Origin: Elusimicrobiota bacterium
Lineage (GTDB): Bacteria; Elusimicrobiota; Elusimicrobia; F11
NCBI GenBank assembly: GCA_044221725.1
Contig: JBGAON010000004.1
Span: forward strand, 221,019 to 285,018
Direction of reading: 5' to 3'
DNA length: 64,000 nt
Below are positions 57,892 to 64,000 of the stretch, in pieces (positions within the stretch are counted from its first letter, which is position 1; every line of letters begins with the position of its first letter). Position numbers and translations under genes: made by a program. Under the pieces are notes generated by a model that searched no databases, had not been told where the DNA came from, and was given only the letters and a program-made list of their open reading frames with translations.

Positions 57892-59716
57892 TGTGATCGT
57901 TATTGGCGCGGGTCACGCGTCGATTGAGGCGGCGCTCGCGCCGGCGCGTATGGGATTGCGCGTTGCAATGATTACGATGGACAAAACCAAGATTGGGCAG
58001 ATGTCCTGTAACCCCGCTATCGGCGGCATCGCGAAAGGCCAGGTCGTCCGCGAAGTTGATGCGCTCGGCGGGGAAATGGGCAAGGCGACGGATGTTGCCG
58101 GCATGCAATTTCGAATGTTGAACCGCGGCAAAGGACCCGCCGTTTGGAGTCCACGGGCGCAATGCGACCGCGCGTTGTATCGCGATGTGATGACGTCCAC
58201 CGTAAATTCCCAACCCAATTTACGGGTGATTGAAGACGAAGCCGTGGATCTTATGACAGCGAACGGTCGCATCTCCGGCGTGGTCGGCAGAAGTGGAAAC
58301 CGATACGCGTCGCGTGCGGTCGTGGTAGGCACCGGAACATTTTTGAAAGGCCTGCTTCATTGCGGGCTCGACCATGTGGACGGCGGGCGTCGCGGCGAGC
58401 CGCCGGCCGCTCATTTGTCGGATGCGTTTCGTCGGTTGGGATTTTCTGTGGGCCGCCTCAAAACGGGAACGCCGATGCGGCTCGATGGTCGAACGATTGA
58501 TTACTCTCAGTGTGAAATTCAGCCCGGCGACGAACGTCCGCTGCCAATGTCGCACTTCACGCGCGTGTTGCCACAGAAACAGATTCCGTGCTGGCTCACG
58601 CACACGAATTCCGAAACGCACGACATCATTCGCAACAATCTGGATCGTTCACCAATTTATTCTGGGAAAATTTCAACGACCGGCGTGCGTTATTGTCCTT
58701 CGATCGAAGATAAGATCGTCAAGTTTCCGCACCACGGGCGGCACCACATTTTTATTGAGCCCGAAGGATATTTCACCGATGAAGTGTATATCAACGGTCT
58801 CTTCACGAGTTTGCCGGGCGACGTTCAAGAGCGCGTCGTGCATTCCGTTCCGGGACTCGAACACGCAAAATTTGTTCGTTACGGATACGCGGTCGAATAC
58901 GACTATTGCCCGCCAACACAATTGAAGCCAACGCTCGAAACGAAATTAATTCCAGGCCTTTATTTTGCTGGACAGATCAACGGGACGACCGGCTACGAAG
59001 AAGCGGCGGGTCAAGGGCTGATTGCCGGAATCAACGCCGGCCTCGCGCTTCAAGGCAAAGAGCCTTTTATTGTTGGACGTGACGAAGCCTACATTGGCGT
59101 GATGATCGATGATCTCGTTACGAAAGGTGTGGACGAGCCTTACCGACTGCTCACAAGCCGCGCCGAATATCGGATACATCTGCGTTGGGATAACGCGGAT
59201 TTGCGGCTGATGGAAGCCGGTCAAAAGTTCGGTCTTATTGATAAGGAAGCCTTTAAATCGTTTGAAGCGTATCGCGCGCGGGTGGAAGCCGCGCTTTCGA
59301 ATCCAAACGTTTTGGGTTCGCCAATGAAACCTTTTTCTGGAATTGAAAACGAAGATTTCCGAAACGCCGACGAAATTGATCCGTTGACCACGTTTGATAT
59401 CGAATTCGGCGCGTGGTCCGCGCATCACGAGGCTTATCAAGTCTGGGTGCAACACAAATACAGAGGTTACATGGACCGGCAAAACGCTGAGATTAATCGG
59501 TTCCAATCGATCGAGGCGAAACGCATTCCCGAAAATTTTGATTTCAAATCAATTCCGGGGCTGCTTTTAGAGGCGCGCGAGAAATTTCATCGTGTGAAAC
59601 CGGTGTCTGTCGGGCAAGCCTCGCGCATCCCCGGTGTAACGCCGGCGGACATCAGCATCCTTTTGGTTTTCTTAAAGAAATATCAGGCAAACGAAGGAGT
59701 AAAGAGTGCAAGCTGA
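57866..59716 (+). CDS. mnmG: tRNA uridine 5-carboxymethylaminomethyl modification enzyme MnmG (GidA)
   Basis: Contains FDVIVIGAGHA, MSCNPAIGG and RPGYAVEYD-like GYAVEYDY. The start could instead be ATG 57884. Confidence 0.97.
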   Translation: METNPNMFDVIVIGAGHASIEAALAPARMGLRVAMITMDKTKIGQMSCNPAIGGIAKGQVVREVDALGGEMGKATDVAGMQFRMLNRGKGPAVWSPRAQCDRALYRDVMTSTVNSQPNLRVIEDEAVDLMTANGRISGVVGRSGNRYASRAVVVGTGTFLKGLLHCGLDHVDGGRRGEPPAAHLSDAFRRLGFSVGRLKTGTPMRLDGRTIDYSQCEIQPGDERPLPMSHFTRVLPQKQIPCWLTHTNSETHDIIRNNLDRSPIYSGKISTTGVRYCPSIEDKIVKFPHHGRHHIFIEPEGYFTDEVYINGLFTSLPGDVQERVVHSVPGLEHAKFVRYGYAVEYDYCPPTQLKPTLETKLIPGLYFAGQINGTTGYEEAAGQGLIAGINAGLALQGKEPFIVGRDEAYIGVMIDDLVTKGVDEPYRLLTSRAEYRIHLRWDNADLRLMEAGQKFGLIDKEAFKSFEAYRARVEAALSNPNVLGSPMKPFSGIENEDFRNADEIDPLTTFDIEFGAWSAHHEAYQVWVQHKYRGYMDRQNAEINRFQSIEAKRIPENFDFKSIPGLLLEAREKFHRVKPVSVGQASRIPGVTPADISILLVFLKKYQANEGVKSAS

Positions 59717-60437
59717 CGATTGGTACGCGCCGCTGAAAAAAACGCTCGCTCGCTGGGAAGTGTCGCTTCCACCGGATGGTGAGGAGTATTTTCGAATTTA
59801 CTTGCATGAACTTGCCGTTTGGAACGAAAAAATAAATCTCACGGCGCTTAAAGAGCCCAAGCACATCGCGCTGGGTCATTTCGCTGATTCGTTGGCTCCG
59901 ATGATCATCGATAAAGTTTTTGAAATCAAACACGCGCACGCCATTGACATCGGAACCGGCGCCGGATTTCCCGGATTGCCCCTTAAAATTGCAAATCCAG
60001 ACTGGCGCATGTCGCTCGTGGATTCGATAGGAAAGAAATGCGACTTCTTGCGCGCGGTTGTGGGCGCGATGGAATTGAACCGCGTCGAAGTCCATCAAAG
60101 GCGATCGGAAGAGCTTGGTTATGAAAAGGATCATCGCGAGAAATATGATTTTGCGTTCGCGCGTGCTCTTTCGAGCCTCTCAACGCTGATTGAATACGGA
60201 CTGCCGTTTTTGAAAATTGGCGGTCTTTTAATTGCGCATCGTGGCCGCACGGCCGCCGAAGAAGCGTCGCGCGTGAACGTCGCGCTCGAAGAACTTGGCG
60301 GAGAAATTTCGGAAGTGCGGCATTACGAGATTGCCGAACTCGGTGGATCGCGCTCGCTCGTTGTTGTTAAAAAAGTGAAGCCGACATCGAAGCATTACCC
60401 ACGCCGAACCGGAGTCGCGTCCAAACGACCGCTGTAA
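59706..60437 (+). CDS. rsmG: 16S rRNA (guanine527-N7)-methyltransferase RsmG (GidB)
   Basis: Has the SAM motif DIGTGAGFPGLPLKI. In the classical position after mnmG. GTG start. Confidence 0.9.
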   Translation: MQADDWYAPLKKTLARWEVSLPPDGEEYFRIYLHELAVWNEKINLTALKEPKHIALGHFADSLAPMIIDKVFEIKHAHAIDIGTGAGFPGLPLKIANPDWRMSLVDSIGKKCDFLRAVVGAMELNRVEVHQRRSEELGYEKDHREKYDFAFARALSSLSTLIEYGLPFLKIGGLLIAHRGRTAAEEASRVNVALEELGGEISEVRHYEIAELGGSRSLVVVKKVKPTSKHYPRRTGVASKRPL

Positions 60438-61106
60438 GTGTTTCCGCTTCGCGATAGTGTCCCGTCCCGCCGTTTTCCGTTTGTTAATTACTTCTTAATT
60501 CTTTCCAACCTTTTTATCTTCGTCAAAGAAGTTCAGTTCGCGCAGGCCGGGACGCTCGATGCGCTGATGAAAAGCTACTCGCTTATTCCCGCGCATTTCA
60601 TTAACGATCCGGTGGTTCACCTTCGCGAAGTTTTTACCGCGATGTTCCTTCACGGAAGTTGGGGGCACGTGATCGGCAATATGTGGTTCCTTTATATTTT
60701 CGGTGACAATGTGGAAGACAACCTTGGCCACGGGCGGTATCTGTTTTATTACTTGCTCATGGGTGTTGGGGCCGCGATCGGCCAGATTGCCGCCGCCCCG
60801 CACAGCACGCTACCAATGATCGGAGCCTCCGGCGCCATTGCCGGCGTTCTCGGTGGATACATTGTTCTTTATCCGCGCGCGCGCGTGCTCACGTTTTTTA
60901 TTTTCGTGATCTTCGTTCGATTCATCGAAGTGCCCGCGTATTTGTTTCTCGGTTTATGGTTCGTGATGCAAGCATTGAACGGCGTCGGCTCGCTGACGGT
61001 GCAAGCCGCGCACGGAGAAATGGGTGGCGTCGCGTGGTGGGCCCATGCGGGCGGATTTCTCGCTGGCTTTGTTTTTATTCCATTTTTCAAACGCAAGAAT
61101 TCATGA
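60438..61106 (+). CDS. rhomboid-family intramembrane serine protease
   Basis: Contains WGHVIGNMWFLYIFG and the catalytic GASGAIAGVLG..H. Confidence 0.9.
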   Translation: MFPLRDSVPSRRFPFVNYFLILSNLFIFVKEVQFAQAGTLDALMKSYSLIPAHFINDPVVHLREVFTAMFLHGSWGHVIGNMWFLYIFGDNVEDNLGHGRYLFYYLLMGVGAAIGQIAAAPHSTLPMIGASGAIAGVLGGYIVLYPRARVLTFFIFVIFVRFIEVPAYLFLGLWFVMQALNGVGSLTVQAAHGEMGGVAWWAHAGGFLAGFVFIPFFKRKNS

Positions 61107-63131
61107 CGGCTCGCTCGCCCATTCGTACCAGCCCAATTTTTGCGGAATAACAAGTGGGATGTCGTCCCACGGTGGAACGCTCGGATGAAAGTCGCTGATC
61201 GAATGGGTTTCGACGACCAGATTTGGTTTTAAGCGCTGCAGAAATTCTTCGCGCCAGCGCCAATTTCGGGGAAAATGCGATTGAATCAATTCGTAGCGCT
61301 TGTTCCGAGAAAGAAGCCAATCTTGAGTCTTCAGTCGAAGCGTTTCGGTAAGCAAGATTTTATTTTTGCCGTCCGAGAATTCGAGAAAGGCTGCGTTGCA
61401 CGCAATAACAGTGCTCACGTTTACCCACCTGGTGAGCGATTCAATACCGTCGGTTTGTTCTCTGTTCGGATTTGTGATGAAGACGGCATCGAGATGGTGA
61501 ATCCCGTGCTGCGTAAGAAACGGCATCAGCGTTCGCTCGGTGCTGTCGTACGGTTCTTTCGACCCGGGGTTAATGAGAACATTCTTCCCATCGGCGGTTT
61601 CTACCAGCGTCGTTAGCCGTTTGCCATTGTCAATCCACGTGACGCGCAAACCCTTCGGCTTTTGGTGCTTATAATGCCGTTGGATTATGCCAACGCCAAC
61701 ACAAAGGATTCCGAGCGTGCACAAGGTACGCGCGAAAGCCGATTTGCGAACGAACACGATCGATAAACAAGTGACGTAAAAACCAATCGTGGTCATCATG
61801 GACGGCGGTGAAACCCACAGGCTTGTCCCAAGCCGATCCGCAAAAAATTTTACGAGAGCAATAAGACAGGACGAATAAATTCTCGCGAGTGTAACGATCG
61901 CTGAAATTCCGTGACCGATAACCAACGCCAGGCCGATTGGTAATCCGATTCCTGAAAATGGAACAACAAAAATGTTGGATACGACGCTCACCGGAAAGAA
62001 ACGTTGGAACGTGGCGGCCGTAATGGGAACCAGCCAAATTTGAGCTGTAAGGGTCGTCGCAAGAAGCCGAAGAGGCCACCGCAACCACAAAGGAATGTTT
62101 TGCATAGCGGGTTCGAGTGGCGTAAGAAAATAGATGAGACCAAACACCGTCACGAACGACATTTGAAATCCAATATCGAACAACGCGTGCGGATCGAACG
62201 TTAAGATAATAAGCGCCGTGAGCCCGAGCGCGTTGTACGGTTGATCGTTCCGCACCAATAGAAACGAAAACACGCCGATGGTGCCCATGAGTCCGGCGCG
62301 CGCGATCGGCGCATCGGCACCGGCCAACAAAACATAGATCCAAATGCACGGCAGCGTCAGCGTGACGGCGATCTTAAGCGGGATTCCCAACAAGCGAAAG
62401 AAAATTAAACACAGCGCCATCACAAACGCCACGTTCGATCCCGACGCGACGAGCACATGCATGGTTCCGGATTCAATGAAGATTCGTTTGATTTCCGGGT
62501 TAAATCGTGGCCTGTTTCCAACGACGAGTCCGGACAAGACCGTGGATTGATCGCTGTTTAAATATGTTTCAAAAATTCGAACGGACTTTTGCTTAAGACC
62601 CCAAGCGATTCGCTGGAGAGTGTTGTGTCCTGCGTCACCAAGAACTTCCACGGATTTCGAGCTCGTGTAAATGACGGTTCGAATTCCTTTGTCAGCGAGA
62701 TAGTCCGCATAATCAAATGCGCCGGGGGTAAGCGCGGCTTTTGGAAATTGCAATCGGCCAACGGCGCGGACGCGATCTCCCGGTGAAGCAATGGGTGCGG
62801 TCGATTTAAGAATCTGGAGCAGCAACGATCCTTGAAGACAACGGCGTTCATGGTTTTCAAATGTCTCTACCGTTTCTGCGTTTATGAGATAAACGCATCC
62901 GTTTGGTCGCGCGTCCGGCTGCGCGGTTACAATGCCGGTCACCGCGCAACGTTGACCATTCCAATGCGAAGGGTCGTGCTCGTCAACGCGGTCCCATACG
63001 CCGATTCTTTTTGCGATAAAAATTCCCGTGCAGAATGCCACAAGAATCCACAGCACCGGCCGCCGAAAAAAATAAAGCTGCCGCCAATCCCAAATTTCGT
63101 TCCGCAGTTCGGACCAATAGTGTCGAAACAT
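61101..63131 (-). CDS. comEC: ComEC/Rec2-family DNA internalisation protein with a degenerate C-terminal metallo-beta-lactamase domain
   Basis: 676 aa. Competence-domain TM bundle (GTMHVLVASGSNVAFV). The MBL region lacks the HxHxDH motif (see findings). Confidence 0.9.
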   Translation of the reverse strand: MFRHYWSELRNEIWDWRQLYFFRRPVLWILVAFCTGIFIAKRIGVWDRVDEHDPSHWNGQRCAVTGIVTAQPDARPNGCVYLINAETVETFENHERRCLQGSLLLQILKSTAPIASPGDRVRAVGRLQFPKAALTPGAFDYADYLADKGIRTVIYTSSKSVEVLGDAGHNTLQRIAWGLKQKSVRIFETYLNSDQSTVLSGLVVGNRPRFNPEIKRIFIESGTMHVLVASGSNVAFVMALCLIFFRLLGIPLKIAVTLTLPCIWIYVLLAGADAPIARAGLMGTIGVFSFLLVRNDQPYNALGLTALIILTFDPHALFDIGFQMSFVTVFGLIYFLTPLEPAMQNIPLWLRWPLRLLATTLTAQIWLVPITAATFQRFFPVSVVSNIFVVPFSGIGLPIGLALVIGHGISAIVTLARIYSSCLIALVKFFADRLGTSLWVSPPSMMTTIGFYVTCLSIVFVRKSAFARTLCTLGILCVGVGIIQRHYKHQKPKGLRVTWIDNGKRLTTLVETADGKNVLINPGSKEPYDSTERTLMPFLTQHGIHHLDAVFITNPNREQTDGIESLTRWVNVSTVIACNAAFLEFSDGKNKILLTETLRLKTQDWLLSRNKRYELIQSHFPRNWRWREEFLQRLKPNLVVETHSISDFHPSVPPWDDIPLVIPQKLGWYEWASEPS

Positions 63132-63204
63132 GGCAACTCCAATAAGAGTTGGCCGAAGGGGTGACCAGAAGGGAAGCGAATCTTAATTAATTGCGATGAA
63201 AGAA

Positions 63205-64000
63205 TTAAGCGCCGATGAGAGTGGCGCGAATGCGATCGAAATTTCTCAGATGATCGGCGTCCAACTCGACAACCTTCCCCAATTCTTTTGCGATGAGATT
63301 CACCAGGATGGCATCACGCAATTTCGGATCGGCGTTCGAGAGATCGAAGAAGTTCGCGGGCAGTGTCGCTATGTTTGTCGTTAACACAAAGCGCGATCGC
63401 GTCAGCACGCCGTTCGTCGCCGTCGCGACGTTTTGCACGAATTGTGCCGCGGTCGCGCCTCGCACCTGGACCCGAACATTTGGGCGTGAATGTTCCCGAA
63501 GCCATTTCGAAAGTTGTTGTTTGGATGTTTCCGATTCCACGGAAAAAACAATCGATTTGTTGGCCGGGAGCTTCTTGAACTGCGCGAGCCAATCGTTGGC
63601 TTGTGTTGCGACATCCGACTTGTCGTCCAGCATTGGAATGATGTTCTCGGCGTCGGGCAACCGCTCAATGCGGTTGAGTAAAGCAGAATCATCGAATATG
63701 CGTTCCGCGGGAACCAGATCCACCAGTGTCTGGGATTTTGTGGCCGGCGTGGTTGCGGGCGTCGTCGGTGATGGCGGTTGCGGAGGCGTCGGGAATTCTT
63801 GTTGATTGAGTCCGGCCTCGTTTATCGCCTGCCAAACAAGAAATGTTGTGGCATAAGCGTTTAATTCCCGTTTCATAACTTGTTCCAAGAGCGCAAAATC
63901 TTGCTCTTCTTTGTTTTTGAGCGGTTTGTAATCGAGCATTTCAAGCGCATGCGTTAACGCGGCTCGAGCCGTTTCCAATTGGTTCGCTTTTTCTGGGTCT
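63205..64000 (-). CDS. hypothetical protein with a P/T-rich linker; 5' end beyond the window
   Basis: The frame stays open from stop 63205 to the window edge, upstream of the track's TTG at 63978. Contains PTPPQPPSPTTPATTPATK. No family recognised. Confidence 0.55.
   Translation of the reverse strand, partial: DPEKANQLETARAALTHALEMLDYKPLKNKEEQDFALLEQVMKRELNAYATTFLVWQAINEAGLNQQEFPTPPQPPSPTTPATTPATKSQTLVDLVPAERIFDDSALLNRIERLPDAENIIPMLDDKSDVATQANDWLAQFKKLPANKSIVFSVESETSKQQLSKWLREHSRPNVRVQVRGATAAQFVQNVATATNGVLTRSRFVLTTNIATLPANFFDLSNADPKLRDAILVNLIAKELGKVVELDADHLRNFDRIRATLIGA

Overview
This is a dense, mostly housekeeping chromosomal segment of about 60 genes from a diderm-type, uncultivated-looking bacterium. 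It looks moderately GC-rich by eye; I did not compute GC.

Gene blocks, left to right:
1. A partial quinol nitric-oxide reductase (not in the ORF track), an ArsR + SRPBCC pair, and an aa3-type cytochrome oxidase operon (coxB-coxA-coxC-subunit IV).
2. A minus-strand DNA-damage block: UdgX-like UDG, imuA, imuB, dnaE2, DUF72.
3. A beta carbonic anhydrase, a secreted GH18-like/IPT protein with a T9SS-type C-terminal domain, and an S/T/G-rich lipoprotein.
4. A KdpD(C-terminal)/KdpE-like two-component pair co-oriented with an EIIA(Ntr)-like protein and an APC permease-Usp fusion. No kdpFABC is present in the window.
5. A second histidine kinase, an intact-looking IS30 element, and a single 3,399-aa orphan ORF.
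6. Secreted MsrB, a YcbB-type L,D-transpeptidase, an M15A/DUF882 peptidase, serS and acs.
7. A complete F1Fo ATP synthase operon, then def-fmt-rlmN-PASTA protein-rpe, two HesB/IscA paralogs, trxB, an MFS transporter, mnmG-rsmG, a rhomboid protease and comEC.

No rRNA, tRNA or CRISPR array was found.

Most notable observations:
- The giant membrane-anchored ORF. Read by eye, it contains a TIKI/TraB-like motif pair, four roughly 80-aa HTH-like modules, and an SNF2-type ATPase scaffold whose catalytic residues are all substituted.
- A family of GGGCCC/CCTGGA hairpin elements that fills almost every intergenic gap of the atp operon and recurs elsewhere in the window.
- A serS-acs spacer with tandem repeats and G-quadruplex-type tracts on both strands.
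- A UdgX-type (RRIH motif) glycosylase placed directly upstream of the imuA-imuB-dnaE2 mutasome.

All functional calls come from motif recognition by eye. No database search was run.
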